A stretch of DNA of 64,000 nt from an uncultured Acidobacteriota bacterium. GTDB taxonomy: Bacteria > Acidobacteriota > UBA6911. A program made the position numbers and the translations under genes. The stretch spans positions 126,085-190,084 of the forward strand of contig CAWJKZ010000026.1 in the NCBI GenBank assembly GCA_963843575.1. The letters run 5' to 3'. This document shows positions 20,338-30,639 of the stretch, in pieces. Below the pieces are notes generated by a model. The model was given only the letters and a program-made list of their open reading frames with translations, was not told the origin of the DNA and did no database searches. Numbering within the stretch: position 1 is the stretch's first letter; every line of letters starts with the position of its first letter.

Positions 20338-20684
20338 TACGCCCACGAATTGCGCCCCGCCGGAGAGCTCGACCTGCCTGCGGAGGGCCTCAGAGAGAAC
20401 GGGATCACCGCAGCCGAAGTCAGGATGGCCGAGTGCTTGGTGGAGGCCATGGTCGGCGAGTGGGAGCCAGGCAAGTACCGGGATGAGTACCGCGACGACC
20501 TCATGGCCCTGACGAAGGGTTGATCAGGGCGACTCGGGCGGTCGAGGACGCTGAGGCGCCTAAGCCCAGAAGTTCTGCAAAGGTCGTAGACATCCTGGAC
20601 CTGTTGAAGGAGAGCGTCCAGCGGGCGGATAAGGGAGAGCCCCGGGAAAGAAAAAAGCACGAGGGGCGGCGCATAGCCGGATAG
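20338..20684 (+). pseudogene. Ku (NHEJ) C-terminal remnant
   Basis: YAHELR...EVRMAECLVEAM..EWEPGKYRDEYRDDLMAL, then AKVVDILDLLKESV in another frame. The N-terminal core is absent. Confidence 0.75.
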
Positions 20685-20781
20685 CGCGCCTCCTTTGGCG
20701 GCCGGGGAATAAATTCCTGTCCCGGAACCTGGAAAGCCCGTTCCGTGAATGGAAGCGGTTGAATCCTGTGCATTTCACTCG

Positions 20782-20797
20782 TGGTACGGCTCTTGCG
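20782..20797 (+). promoter_or_regulatory. Sigma-54 -24/-12 promoter
   Basis: TGGTAC-GGCTC-TTGCG upstream of the 20913-22553 operon. Confidence 0.65.
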
Positions 20798-20912
20798 TCC
20801 CGTGCGTCGAGATTTTCTTGAGTTTAGTTGTGAAGGGCCATAGTCGGGTGTCACGAGGTGGCTGGTGTTGGAATGACGCCCGCCACGAGTTTCCTAAGGA
20901 AATGGGGGGATC

Positions 20913-21257
20913 ATGGACGAGAGAGAAACCGTCAACCCGGGCAGTCCGGGCGAGTCTGGGGACGGACGTTCCTTCAAGGCATCCCGGTTCGAAGAGGCCA
21001 AGAGGACCGTGGCAGACAAGCTCCACGACGCGGCCGGGGCGCTCAGGGGCAAGACAGCCGAGCCCAGTTCGGGCCTGGGCCGCTATGGCTACCAGGCATC
21101 CGACTGGCTCGACCGCTCCGCCGAGTATGTCCGCCGGTTCGATTACCAACGCGCTAACGCGCAGGTGAAAGACTACATCCGCGACAATCCGGGCCGGAGT
21201 CTGCTTATGGCGGGCGCGGCCGGCCTGATCATCGGAGCACTCGTCCGACGACGGTAG
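20913..21257 (+). CDS. DUF883/ElaB/YqjD-like tail-anchored protein
   Basis: Helical N-terminus and YIRDNPGRSLLMAGAAGLIIGALVRRR tail. Confidence 0.75.
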   Translation: MDERETVNPGSPGESGDGRSFKASRFEEAKRTVADKLHDAAGALRGKTAEPSSGLGRYGYQASDWLDRSAEYVRRFDYQRANAQVKDYIRDNPGRSLLMAGAAGLIIGALVRRR

Positions 21258-21273
21258 AGGAGTATTGATTTTT

Positions 21274-21687
21274 ATGAATAGAGTGCTGACCAAAGAGGAC
21301 GTACCTGTCCTGCAGCGGGAGTCGTTTGGCGAACTGCTCGGCCAGTTGGCCGGCCACTCGGCAGCGCTTGTCCGGGATGAGATCGAACTGGCGAGGCAGG
21401 AAACACGCGAGAAGTTGCGTTCTCTGAGCAGCGGCGCGATCACCCTTGGAGTCGGGGTGGCCCTGGTCTGGATGGCTCTTCTGACGTTGTGCGCTGCCCT
21501 CGTGGTCGGCCTTTCCGCCCACATGGGCCCGGGACTGGCCGCGCTGGCTACCGGGTTGGGGCTCGCAGTGATCGGTGGGGCCATTGGCTTCGTCGGGTTC
21601 CACCGTTTGAAGAAAACCGGGCTTACACCGAAGAAAACGATACGGTCGCTGAAGGAGAATAAGGAATGGCTGAAAGAGATGACCTGA
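21274..21687 (+). CDS. YqjE-like 'phage holin family' membrane protein
   Basis: LVRDEIELARQE, two TMs, PKKTIRSLKENKEWL. Confidence 0.8.
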   Translation: MNRVLTKEDVPVLQRESFGELLGQLAGHSAALVRDEIELARQETREKLRSLSSGAITLGVGVALVWMALLTLCAALVVGLSAHMGPGLAALATGLGLAVIGGAIGFVGFHRLKKTGLTPKKTIRSLKENKEWLKEMT

Positions 21688-22175
21688 AACTCAATGCCGA
21701 ACGAAGCACAGACGCGATCCGCCGCGACATCGCGGCAAAGCGGGAAACGATCTCCGAGACCGTCGACAGGCTGGGCGAGCGCATTCAGGAGAAGCTCGAT
21801 TGGCGAGGCTACGTCTCCGAATACCCCTACTGGGCCATTGGTGCGGCGGCGGGACTGGGCTTTGTCGCGTCCCAGTTGATGCGCCGGCGTGCCTCTCCGC
21901 TCGACAGGATTTCCTATGCGGTCAAAGACACGGTCGAGGAATTGGGGGACCAGGTCCGGCATGCACTGGGCGGGGCCCTCGTTAGGGCGAGCGGGCGCGG
22001 CCTGGTGAAAGGCACGCTCTACGGGATGGCTACCAAGATCGCCGTCGATTGGCTGAAGGGGGCGGCATCCAACGCGCTGAGTTCAGGCAACCACGACGAA
22101 TCCGCGCGACCGACGCCCTCCGCAGCGAACGCGTGGGCGCACAATCCAGAACCAAGCTCCACCAGGCCAATCTAG
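21666..22175 (+). CDS. DUF3618 domain protein
   Basis: IRRDIAAKRETISETVDRLGERI followed by a TM segment. Typical position after YqjE. Confidence 0.75.
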   Translation: MAERDDLKLNAERSTDAIRRDIAAKRETISETVDRLGERIQEKLDWRGYVSEYPYWAIGAAAGLGFVASQLMRRRASPLDRISYAVKDTVEELGDQVRHALGGALVRASGRGLVKGTLYGMATKIAVDWLKGAASNALSSGNHDESARPTPSAANAWAHNPEPSSTRPI

Positions 22176-22205
22176 GTCTGACGGACTTACTGACGAGGAG
22201 GAACT

Positions 22206-22553
22206 ATGGACGCTGAAAACACCAACCCCGATCCTAACCGGCAAATCGCGGCCGGCCCCGGCAGCACCAACCCGCGAGATCTCCTCAACCGCGGCAGCGA
22301 TGTCTACAACCAGACCAAACAGACCGTGAGCCAGGCGTACGACCGAACCGCACGGAAGCTGAGCCAGGGGTACGACCAGGCGATCAGCTACGGACGCGAC
22401 AATCCAGGAACAGTGACGCTGGTCGCATTCGGTGCCGGGTTTGCCCTGGGATTGCTTCTGTCCGGGACACGCCGCAGCCGCACAAGCCGGTACGCCGAGC
22501 CTATCGTCAACGTGCTTTCCGACATCGCTCTCGATTTCGTACGCCATCGCTGA
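22206..22553 (+). CDS. DUF883-like membrane-anchored protein
   Basis: YGRDNPGTVTLVAFGAGFALGLLL. GAGGAGG RBS. Confidence 0.7.
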   Translation: MDAENTNPDPNRQIAAGPGSTNPRDLLNRGSDVYNQTKQTVSQAYDRTARKLSQGYDQAISYGRDNPGTVTLVAFGAGFALGLLLSGTRRSRTSRYAEPIVNVLSDIALDFVRHR

Positions 22554-22623
22554 GCCCAAACGAAACGAGGCGCCCGGTTGCCGGGCGCCTCGCGCAATCT
22601 CCCAACACAAATCTCGTCACAGG

Positions 22624-22845
22624 CTATTGTGCCGGCACGTGCCGGTCGTCGAACGTGCCAATCCGCTCCTCTACTTCCCGTTCTGCCCGTTCCTTGTTGT
22701 ATCCATACCGCTCCTGGATCTTCCCAATGAGCCGGTCCTTGGACCCGGCGATCTGGTCGAAGTCGTCCTCGGTTAGACGACCCCACCATATCTTCAGGTC
22801 GCCCTTCATCTGTTTCCATTTTCCCTTCAGGATGTCACTGTTCAT
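22624..22845 (-). CDS. CsbD/YjbJ family stress protein
   Basis: ILKGKWKQMKG..WGRLTEDD...GKIQERYG. Confidence 0.92.
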   Translation of the reverse strand: MNSDILKGKWKQMKGDLKIWWGRLTEDDFDQIAGSKDRLIGKIQERYGYNKERAEREVEERIGTFDDRHVPAQ

Positions 22846-22896
22846 CCCCGATGCCCTCCTTGCATTCATTTCGAAGCTCCCCGCTCTACCGCGTAC

Positions 22897-23082
22897 TCAC
22901 GAACGGGTAAGCACTTCTTCCGGCCGGTCCACGAACAAGTCCGCGTCCCGATCCCGAGAAAGCTGATACACGGCGTCGAAGCACGCATCGCAAAAATCCA
23001 AGTGATCGAGAACTGCGAGTTGATCGTCGAGTTCGAGCCGCTTGTCGAGGTATTCGACCAGTTTGTCAAAGTCGCATTTCAT
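22897..23082 (-). CDS. Small zf-HC2 (anti-sigma-type zinc finger) protein
   Basis: MKC...YLD..L......HLDFCDAC (HxxxCxxC). Confidence 0.7.
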   Translation of the reverse strand: MKCDFDKLVEYLDKRLELDDQLAVLDHLDFCDACFDAVYQLSRDRDADLFVDRPEEVLTRS

Positions 23083-23134
23083 CGCCCACCCCCTGTCGTG
23101 CCGGCCGGGAGCCGTCACCGTCTGTCGCCCGCTT

Positions 23135-23284
23135 CTATACCACCCTGCGCCCGCTGATGAGCTGGAACACCACGGCTACGATCGCAAGGACCAGCAGGAT
23201 GTGGATGAACCCGCCAAGCGTGTAGGACGTGGCAATACCCAAGAGCCAAAGCACCAGCAGAATCACGAAAATCGTCCAAAGCAT
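23135..23284 (-). CDS. lmo0937 family small membrane protein (49 aa; not in the ORF track)
   Basis: Manual translation MLWTIFVILLVLWLLGIATSYTLGGFIHILLVLAIVAVVFQLISGRRVV. Confidence 0.88.
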   Translation of the reverse strand: MLWTIFVILLVLWLLGIATSYTLGGFIHILLVLAIVAVVFQLISGRRVV

Positions 23285-23373
23285 CTATACCACCCCCCCC
23301 TGTTTCAGAATTCCTACGGCGCCGAACCGACAGCGGGTGCAGCGCTGAACGGCTTCGCCGTCACCGCAAGGTA

Positions 23374-23389
23374 TGCAATTAGAGAACCA
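23374..23389 (-). promoter_or_regulatory. Sigma-54 -24/-12 promoter
   Basis: TGGTTC-TCTAA-TTGCA on the minus strand upstream of 23284. Confidence 0.55.
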
Positions 23390-23608
23390 GATGAAACAAC
23401 TGGCACGCAGCCGCGGTAGCCCCCCAAAATCAAAGGCCCTGATGCTGGCGCGCCTGTGACGGGAGGCGTAGTAACCACTCGCGGACGAGGAAAGATTCCC
23501 CATGGTGACGGGACACCGGCGGACGCGGCAAACCGGACGTACGGTCCCGCGACAACGCCGTGCTGAACGGCGCTTGGGGGAGACATTGTCAGGTATTTTT
23601 TGCGCATT

Positions 23609-24096
23609 TCAGCGCACTACCTCCGCGCCGCAAGCATCCAGGATTTTGTGGGCGATACCCTTTCGGTCCGCATGCGCATAGACACCGACGAGCATTGCCC
23701 CTTTTACGAGCTCTTCGTTGTAGAACCTAGCTTCGTGCTCGGGTATGCCCAGCCCGACGAGGGCGCCGGTCAAGCCGCCGGCGGCTGCGCCAGCTCCGAC
23801 CCCGGCGAGCACCGCAACGACGGGCCCCGCGGCGAGCAGTGCGAGTCCGGGGATTGCGATTGTTCCGAGAGCGACCAGGCCTGCGGCGACGCCGCCAAGT
23901 ACGCTCCGACGGTGGCGCCCGTGGCCGCGCCTTCGGGTGCCTTTGTGGACATTTCGAGACCAAACTCGCGACCTCGCGTCGCCTCCGTCATAAGAAGGCT
24001 GATATCGTCACGCGAGAAGCCTGCGCGCATCAGGTCGTCGATCGCGCGTTCCGCCGCTTCCCGTGTTTTGAAGATCCCTGATACCAAGACTGCCAC
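23609..24096 (-). CDS. General stress protein (glycine-zipper, YflT-like), apparent frameshift near 23905
   Basis: GIFKTREAAERAIDDL..AGF..DDIS in one frame. GGLTGALVGLGIPEHEARFY in another. Confidence 0.75.
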
Positions 24097-24132
24097 CTTC
24101 TGCTCCTCCTGTCTGATGATTTAAAACCGGGG

Positions 24133-24321
24133 TTAATCGGCTGCGGGTTTTGTGGGGTCAAGTGTCGCCAACAGATCGCGCAATTCGTCGGCGTGCTCCT
24201 CCTCGTTGGCGAGCACCTCCTCCATGATCCGCCTGAATGTGATGTCGTCGTCGCCGAGGAAACGGATGAACCGGTTCAGGACCGGGATCACCTCCTGCGT
24301 GGATTTCGTCAGGTTCTTCAT
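24133..24321 (-). pseudogene. Ferritin/bacterioferritin-like C-terminal remnant
   Basis: IRFLGDDDITFRRIMEEVLANEEEHADEL matches the last helix (EEEH). Only about 62 aa remain. Confidence 0.65.
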
Positions 24322-24363
24322 ATCTCTCCGAAAGCGGCTCTCCCAAAACGGCGTCACCAGGAT

Positions 24364-24379
24364 GGCAAAACGACTGCCG
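24364..24379 (-). promoter_or_regulatory. Sigma-54 -24/-12 promoter
   Basis: CGGCAG-TCGTT-TTGCC upstream of 24321. Confidence 0.55.
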
Positions 24380-24717
24380 GGGCGCGGCCGGGGAGGAAGG
24401 GGGGTCACAAGACTCCTCGCAGGGATCGACCCGTGGTACCTATGCCGCTCCGGCGCTCACAGGAAGCCATTGTTCCCCACGGCAATTCTCAGGCCAAAAT
24501 GGGGCAGAGGTATCGATTTACTCCAGGGCTGAGATTCCCAGTAAGGTCAGGGGCGGCTCCCGGATGCATCCGGGGATTTCGAGGAGAGTTGCCCCTGGAA
24601 AAGTTTCCCCGGGGACCTGTCCGTTGTTGCGGGCAATCTGAGGTGATGAAATGGCGGCGGCGGCGCGCCGCCGTTGGCGTGGTGCGCGCCGCCGCCTTCC
24701 TTCCGAATAGCCGGGTG

Positions 24718-25338
24718 TCAGCCGCGGGCCGAGCTCTTCAAGCGCTGGTCAAGGACAGACCAATCGATATTCGAGAAAAAGGCCTCGATGTACTTCGGGC
24801 GCTCGGCGGGTTTGTAATCGAGGAGGAACGCATGCTCCCAGACGTCCATAATGAGGACGGGGGCGTATCCGGCGACATTTCCGGTCTCGTGCAACGTGAT
24901 CCAGTGGTTGGATATGCGGTTGGACGCCAGGTCGAGATAGCAGGCGGCCCAGCCGACGCCGCGCATCTGGCCCACCCCCACGAAGTCTGCCTTCCAGCGT
25001 TCGTAGCTGCCGAAGGTCGACTCGGCGGCCGCACGGAACGCGGAATTCGCCTCCGGCGCTCCGCCCCCGCCCTTTTTGAGGTTTCCGAAATAGTACTCGT
25101 GCAGCACCATGCCGTTGTATTCGAAGCCGAGCCGGCGCGTCAGTTCCGAATAGGAGATCATCTGTTCGGCTGCAATGCCATCGTTGCCGAGCAGTGCGGC
25201 GATTTTTTCGTTCAGTGTGTTGGTGTTCTTGACGTACCCCTGGTAAAGCCCAAAGTGCGTTTCCAGCGTCCGGTCCGATATGCCGTTTAGCCCGCTCAGG
25301 TTGAACGTCTTCGGTTTGTAGGTCACAGTACCTGCCAT
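24718..25338 (-). CDS. Fe/Mn superoxide dismutase family protein
   Basis: THFGLYQGYV, LHEYYF, DVWEHAF. Confidence 0.9.
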   Translation of the reverse strand: MAGTVTYKPKTFNLSGLNGISDRTLETHFGLYQGYVKNTNTLNEKIAALLGNDGIAAEQMISYSELTRRLGFEYNGMVLHEYYFGNLKKGGGGAPEANSAFRAAAESTFGSYERWKADFVGVGQMRGVGWAACYLDLASNRISNHWITLHETGNVAGYAPVLIMDVWEHAFLLDYKPAERPKYIEAFFSNIDWSVLDQRLKSSARG

Positions 25339-25431
25339 TTGTTCCCCCCTTGTTTGGTAGTGCTGAATACCCGCGAACGCTGCCTGCGCGCCGCGGGCCT
25401 GCAAATGGATCAGTTTGATGCGAATTCCGGC

Positions 25432-26886
25432 TCAGTTGCCTGTCACCGGGCCGTTGCCCAGAGCGTACAATTCGCCCCGGTTCATGATGAACAGGACGCC
25501 GTTGGCCGGCACGGGCGTGGAGTAGACGGAACTGCCCATCGAGTTTTCCGCAAGGACCTTGAGTTCCTTGCCGGCTTGAAGCACGGCGACATCCCCGTCT
25601 TCGTCCCCCAGGTAAACCCTTCCGTCCGCTACGAGCGGGGATCCCCACACGGCCGCCAGCATGTCATGCACCCAGAAAGGCTTCCCGGTCTGCGCATCAA
25701 GGCAGTGGAGGAACCCGCTGAAGTCGGCGATGTAAACGAGTCCACCTGCAACGGCCGCGGTGGAAATGGTACGCCGTATCTTTTCGTAATGCCAGACTTG
25801 GCCTGTCTCGGTGATGTCCCCTTTGCCGGACGGGTCGATGCAGTACATGTGCCCCATTCCCTCGCCCTGCTCGGGATCCTGCCCCGTGCCCATGAAGATG
25901 CGGTCCTGATGAAACACAGGGGTGGCGATCCCGTCGTTGCGTGATTTCGGCGACACGGCAGCTTTCGGGTTAAGGTCGAACTTCCACAACGGTGCGCCGG
26001 TGAGAGCATCGAATCCGTAAAGCCAGCCGTCGCCGCCGGGGAAGAACGCCTGCATGGTTCCGTTCACCATTCCCAGCGCAGGGGACGACCACTGCCCGTT
26101 CATGATCTTGTCCCCGGGAGAGTTGTCCTTCCAGACCAGCTTACCCGTCTTTTTGTTCACTGCGATGAAACTTGGGGCCTGTGGCGCGGGCACGCGCGCG
26201 TGGTCCTCGTCGATTCCGTTGGAGGTCTCCACGAATACGAGATCGCCGTGCATTGCCGGGGACGAGTTGGCCATATTGTGCTGCCGGACGCCGAGTTCCT
26301 TCATCATGTCGAGCGACCAGACTATGTCGGCATCGATCGTCGATTTCAATTTCTCGGCGTCGAAAGGTCCGTCGTTTTCCCCGTCAAGAAAACCTTCGAC
26401 GTCGAGGCAGACGAGCTCACCCCGGTTGGTGACGTAGTAAAGACGGTCGGCGTCGACCAGGGGCGACGAGCAGATCCCCTGGGAGGGCCAGTCGTTTGCG
26501 GCCCCCGTTTCGAGCTTGTCCGACACGGCCTGCCACAGGAACTTGCCGTCGGCCTCGCGAAAGCACATCAGGATGCCCTTGTCCCCCTCGACCGCCGGGT
26601 TCCGGGGATTGTCGTTGTTGGTCCCAGCGAAGATTTTCCCCCCGGACACCACGGGGTTGCCGTAGCTGGTGCTTCCCAGCGTGGCCTTCCACTTGATGCT
26701 CCTGCCGGATTTTATATCCCAGGAGACCGGGAGCCCCGTCTGTCCGGAAACCATGTTTCGCTGAGGAGTTCCGCCCCACATGGGCCAGTCCTGCGACGAG
26801 ACGGGCAGCACCGCGGCGGCGAAGAGTGCCGATAGGATACAGACCAGGGATGTCGCTTCAGTCGACTGCAGCAGACGCATTTTCAT
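25432..26886 (-). CDS. PQQ-binding-like beta-propeller secreted protein
   Basis: Signal peptide, DWPMWGG, repeated SSP and LDAxTGxxxW blades. Confidence 0.85.
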   Translation of the reverse strand: MKMRLLQSTEATSLVCILSALFAAAVLPVSSQDWPMWGGTPQRNMVSGQTGLPVSWDIKSGRSIKWKATLGSTSYGNPVVSGGKIFAGTNNDNPRNPAVEGDKGILMCFREADGKFLWQAVSDKLETGAANDWPSQGICSSPLVDADRLYYVTNRGELVCLDVEGFLDGENDGPFDAEKLKSTIDADIVWSLDMMKELGVRQHNMANSSPAMHGDLVFVETSNGIDEDHARVPAPQAPSFIAVNKKTGKLVWKDNSPGDKIMNGQWSSPALGMVNGTMQAFFPGGDGWLYGFDALTGAPLWKFDLNPKAAVSPKSRNDGIATPVFHQDRIFMGTGQDPEQGEGMGHMYCIDPSGKGDITETGQVWHYEKIRRTISTAAVAGGLVYIADFSGFLHCLDAQTGKPFWVHDMLAAVWGSPLVADGRVYLGDEDGDVAVLQAGKELKVLAENSMGSSVYSTPVPANGVLFIMNRGELYALGNGPVTGN

Positions 26887-26981
26887 CACCCACTCCTCGG
26901 GTCGGGAAGCATATGTCATGGCCCCGGTCGTTTCAAGGTCGCGCGGCCGTCGTTGCCAAAATCGGACCGCCCGAAATCCGA

Positions 26982-27569
26982 TTAGAGGGGGCCGATTTCG
27001 AGCAGGAAATCGCGGATGATGCGGGCCGTGAGGCCCCAGATGACATGCGGGCCATAGGTGAAGTGGTAAACGTCCAGGGGCTGCCCCAGCCGGATATTCC
27101 TCTCGACCCGGAGGAGGGCCGGGTCGAGGAAAACGCGGAAGGGGACCGTAAGGATTTCGGCGACTTCACGCGCCTGTGGGATCGTCTCAATCGGCTCGGT
27201 CAGGTAGCCCGCGAACGGGGTTACGAGGAATCCAGTGATGGATAGATAGTCGCGGAAGCGCCCGAGCAACTCGATCTTCGATTCTTCGATCCCGATCTCC
27301 TCGTAGGTCTCCCGGATCGCTGTCCTCAGCAGCGGTTCGTTTCCCTCGCGCATTCCGCCGGGAAAGGAGATCTGACCCTTGTGGGTCTCCACCTCCTCGG
27401 TTCTTCGCGTCAGCAGGAAGTGCGGTTCCCCTCCGCGCTCGAAAACGGGCATGAGTACGGCTGCCTCGCGGCTGAAGCCCTCGATTTCATTGCCCGACTG
27501 GAGCGACGAGAGCCGTCCCCGTATCCGGTGCTTCAGTCCGATCGAGGGGCCGCCGGTACCGCCGTTCAT
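26982..27569 (-). CDS. CoA pyrophosphatase (NudL-type Nudix hydrolase)
   Basis: LLTRR...HKGQISFPGG...RETYEEIG and IWGLTA. Confidence 0.9.
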   Translation of the reverse strand: MNGGTGGPSIGLKHRIRGRLSSLQSGNEIEGFSREAAVLMPVFERGGEPHFLLTRRTEEVETHKGQISFPGGMREGNEPLLRTAIRETYEEIGIEESKIELLGRFRDYLSITGFLVTPFAGYLTEPIETIPQAREVAEILTVPFRVFLDPALLRVERNIRLGQPLDVYHFTYGPHVIWGLTARIIRDFLLEIGPL

Positions 27570-28372
27570 TTCAGCCGGATCCTGGACAGGTCAATGGTCG
27601 GTTCGGGGAATTTCATATGGAGGTCTTCCAGGGTTTTAACCAGTATCCTGGATATGGCCAGGTTGCGATACCATTTGCGATTGGACGGGATGACGTACCA
27701 GGGGGCGTGCTCCGTGCTGCAGCGTGTCAGGGCTTCCTCATATGCCTTCATATAGTCGTCCCAGTAATCCCGCTCGGCGAAATCCGCTTCCGAGAGCTTC
27801 CACTGCCGTGTAGGATCTTCGACCCGGGCGCGAAACCGCTCCAGCTGTTCCTCTTTGCTGATGTGCAGAAAGAATTTCATGATGACGACGTTGTTGTCGG
27901 CCAGCAGCCTCTCGAACGCGTTGATCTGCTCGTAACGCGTCCCCCAGACCGTCTTGGGCACGAGCTTGTGCACCCGTACGATCAGCACGTCCTCGTAATG
28001 GGAGCGGTTGAAGATGCCGAACTCGCCTTTCGGTGGCACCCTCTGGTGAATCCTCCAGAGAAAATCATGGTCGACTTCTTCGGCTGAGGGGACCTTGAAC
28101 GAGGCCACCTGGCACCCTTGCGGATTCAACCCCGTCATGACGTGGCGGATGGTGCCGTCTTTTCCACCGGCGTCCATGGCCTGGACGACGATGAGAACCG
28201 CGTGCCGGTTCTCGGCATAGAGGAGGTACTGCAGTTCGGCCAGGCGCTTTGTCTGCTGGGCGAGCATCGCTTCAGCGCTTCGCTTGTTGAAGCCCGGGGT
28301 GGCGTCTGGGTCACGCCTGGAGATCAGGGCCTTGCTGCCGGGTTTTACGATCAGCCTTCTGCTCAGGTCCAT
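27566..28372 (-). CDS. ppk2: Polyphosphate kinase 2 family (polyP:nucleotide phosphotransferase)
   Basis: QAMDAGGKDG, FNRSHYEDVL, KFFLHISKEEQ, APWYVIP. Confidence 0.92.
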   Translation of the reverse strand: MDLSRRLIVKPGSKALISRRDPDATPGFNKRSAEAMLAQQTKRLAELQYLLYAENRHAVLIVVQAMDAGGKDGTIRHVMTGLNPQGCQVASFKVPSAEEVDHDFLWRIHQRVPPKGEFGIFNRSHYEDVLIVRVHKLVPKTVWGTRYEQINAFERLLADNNVVIMKFFLHISKEEQLERFRARVEDPTRQWKLSEADFAERDYWDDYMKAYEEALTRCSTEHAPWYVIPSNRKWYRNLAISRILVKTLEDLHMKFPEPTIDLSRIRLK

Positions 28373-28523
28373 ATGTGCTCCGGAAGAGACGTTCAACGGC
28401 ATGGTGCGACGCTAGTCGTGCATCATACCCCGGCCGGGTTTGGGGTGCCAGTCACGACTGGCGCCCTGGATCACCCCGGAGTATTCTTTCCCCTGAACCC
28501 TCGATATCAAACAGGAATGACTT

Positions 28524-29642
28524 ATGCCCAAGTACAGGATCGCCTGGCTTCCGGGTGACGGTATCGGCGTCGAGGTGCTCGAAGCCGCCAGGATCGTGTT
28601 GGACCGCCTCGCGTTTGACGCCGAGTACATTCACGCGGATATCGGGTGGGAGTTCTGGAGAACGGAAGGGGACCCGCTGCCCGAACGCACGGTGGCGTTG
28701 TTGGGCGGGGTCGACGCCGCGCTGTTCGGCGCCGTCACTTCCAAGCCGGCTAAGGCGGCGGAGGCTGAACTCGTGCCTGAATTGAGGGGCACGGGATTGG
28801 TTTACCGTTCGCCCATCGTCCGCATGCGCCAGCTCTTCGACCTGTACAATTGCTACCGGCCGTGCAGGAGTTATCCCGGCAATCCTCTGAATTTCAAGGA
28901 AGGCATCGATCTCGCCGTCTTCCGGGAAAACACCGAGGACCTATACTCGGGAGTCGAGTTTTCACCGGTGCCAGAGGATTTGGCAGAGGTGCTCGGGCGT
29001 CTGTCGAAACCGTTCGCGGCGTTCCGGCAGATCCCTCGCGACCAGTACGCGGTCTCGTGCAAGATCAACACCCGACGGGGGTCCGAGAGGATCGTGCGCG
29101 CCGCCTTCGCATTCGCACGCCGGAACGGGCGCCGTCGCGTCACGGTCGTGCACAAGGCAAACGTCGTGCGCGCCAGCGACGGGCTGTTCCTCGAGGCGGC
29201 GCGCGCCGTCGCGCGGGAGTATCCCGAGATCCCGACGGACGAAGCCAACATCGATGCCATGACGATGTGGCTGTTGAAGAACCCGCACAATTACGACGTC
29301 CTGGTCGCCCCGAATCTCTACGGAGACATCATCTCGGACCTGTGCGCCCAAATGGTGGGTGGACTTGGGTTCGGTTGCTCGGCCAATATCGGGGAGAAGC
29401 TGGCCGTTTTCGAGCCGACACATGGGTCCGCGCCGAAATACGCCGGCCTGTACAAGGTCAACCCCATCGCCACCATCCTCGCGGCGCGCATGATGCTGGA
29501 CTGGCTAGGCGAGGAAGCCCAGGGGCGGCTGGTCGAGCAGGCCGTCGCGGAGGTGATCCGCGAGGGTAAGGTGCGCACGTACGACATGGGAGGGCACGAC
29601 TCGACCCTCGACATGGCCGCCGAGATCGAGCGCAAGCTGTAG
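28524..29642 (+). CDS. Isocitrate/isopropylmalate (beta-decarboxylating) dehydrogenase family
   Basis: PGDGIG, RENTEDLY, VHKANV, NLYGDIISD, FEPTHGSAP. Confidence 0.9.
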   Translation: MPKYRIAWLPGDGIGVEVLEAARIVLDRLAFDAEYIHADIGWEFWRTEGDPLPERTVALLGGVDAALFGAVTSKPAKAAEAELVPELRGTGLVYRSPIVRMRQLFDLYNCYRPCRSYPGNPLNFKEGIDLAVFRENTEDLYSGVEFSPVPEDLAEVLGRLSKPFAAFRQIPRDQYAVSCKINTRRGSERIVRAAFAFARRNGRRRVTVVHKANVVRASDGLFLEAARAVAREYPEIPTDEANIDAMTMWLLKNPHNYDVLVAPNLYGDIISDLCAQMVGGLGFGCSANIGEKLAVFEPTHGSAPKYAGLYKVNPIATILAARMMLDWLGEEAQGRLVEQAVAEVIREGKVRTYDMGGHDSTLDMAAEIERKL

Positions 29643-29716
29643 GCCGTGCCGCGCGCGGGACAGGAGCCGGAAGAGTACAATCTCGCTATTCTGCGATAGA
29701 CCAAGAGGAGTTTCTC

Positions 29717-30607
29717 ATGAATCAGAGTGCAGCGCTGCGCAAAGCCATCATGGAGCGCCGGGCCGTCGTGGTCCCGGGTTGTCACGACGCCCTCAGCGCC
29801 CGGATCATTGAACAGTGCGGTTTTGAAGCCATCCAGATCTCGGGCTTCGGGGTGGCAGGGTCCCTTCTGGCCAAACCCGATGTCGGGCTCGTGCAGATGA
29901 AGGACGTTCTCGACCTCACTTGGAACATCGTCCAGGCGGTCGGGATACCCGTGATGGCCGACGTCGATACCGGCGGCGGGAATGCGATGAACGCCGCGTG
30001 GATCACGGAGCGGCTGATCGCGATGGGCGTGGCCGGCATGAACATCGAGGACCAGGTCTTCCCGAAGAGGTGCGGCCATATGGCGGGGAAGGAAGTCATT
30101 TCCGCCGACGAGATGGCCGGCAAGGTGCTCGCCTGCGCCCGGGTGCGCGACCGACTGCACCCCGAGTTCGTCATCAACGCCCGGACCGACGCCTTCGCGG
30201 TACACGGCCTCGCGGAGGCTGTGCGCCGCTGCAACCTGTACCTCGCCGCTGGTGCCGACATGGCCTTCATCGACGGCATCGCGACCCGGCTGGACATCGA
30301 GAGCGCGGTCAAAGACGTTCGCGGACCCCTGTCGGTTAACCTGATGGACGCCATCACGGGCGTGAAGACCGAGCTGATCCCCGTCCCTGAGCTGGCCCGC
30401 CTCGGGGTGGGACGCGTCTCTATCCCGGTCGCCTCCATCATGGTCGCACACAAGGCGCTGACCCAGTTTTTCACGGCCCTGCGGACTGCGCCGGATGGGA
30501 TTCTCACCGGACAGACTCAGTGGGCGTCTTCGTTCGCCGAGTTTACCGAGTTCGTGGGCCTGCCGCAGCACAGGGAGGCCGAGAGGGCGCTGTCGTCCGG
30601 GCGGTGA
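29717..30607 (+). CDS. Isocitrate lyase/PEP mutase family lyase (PrpB/Dml-like)
   Basis: DVDTG, IEDQVFPKRCGH, INARTD. Confidence 0.88.
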   Translation: MNQSAALRKAIMERRAVVVPGCHDALSARIIEQCGFEAIQISGFGVAGSLLAKPDVGLVQMKDVLDLTWNIVQAVGIPVMADVDTGGGNAMNAAWITERLIAMGVAGMNIEDQVFPKRCGHMAGKEVISADEMAGKVLACARVRDRLHPEFVINARTDAFAVHGLAEAVRRCNLYLAAGADMAFIDGIATRLDIESAVKDVRGPLSVNLMDAITGVKTELIPVPELARLGVGRVSIPVASIMVAHKALTQFFTALRTAPDGILTGQTQWASSFAEFTEFVGLPQHREAERALSSGR

Positions 30608-30639
30608 CGCGCGCGCACCCCTTTTGCCGGAGGTGATCC

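Noticed and set aside
21274-21687. Prophage (holin annotation)
   Set aside because: This is a YqjE-type protein in a DUF883/DUF3618 stress operon. No phage structural, lysin or integrase genes are present.
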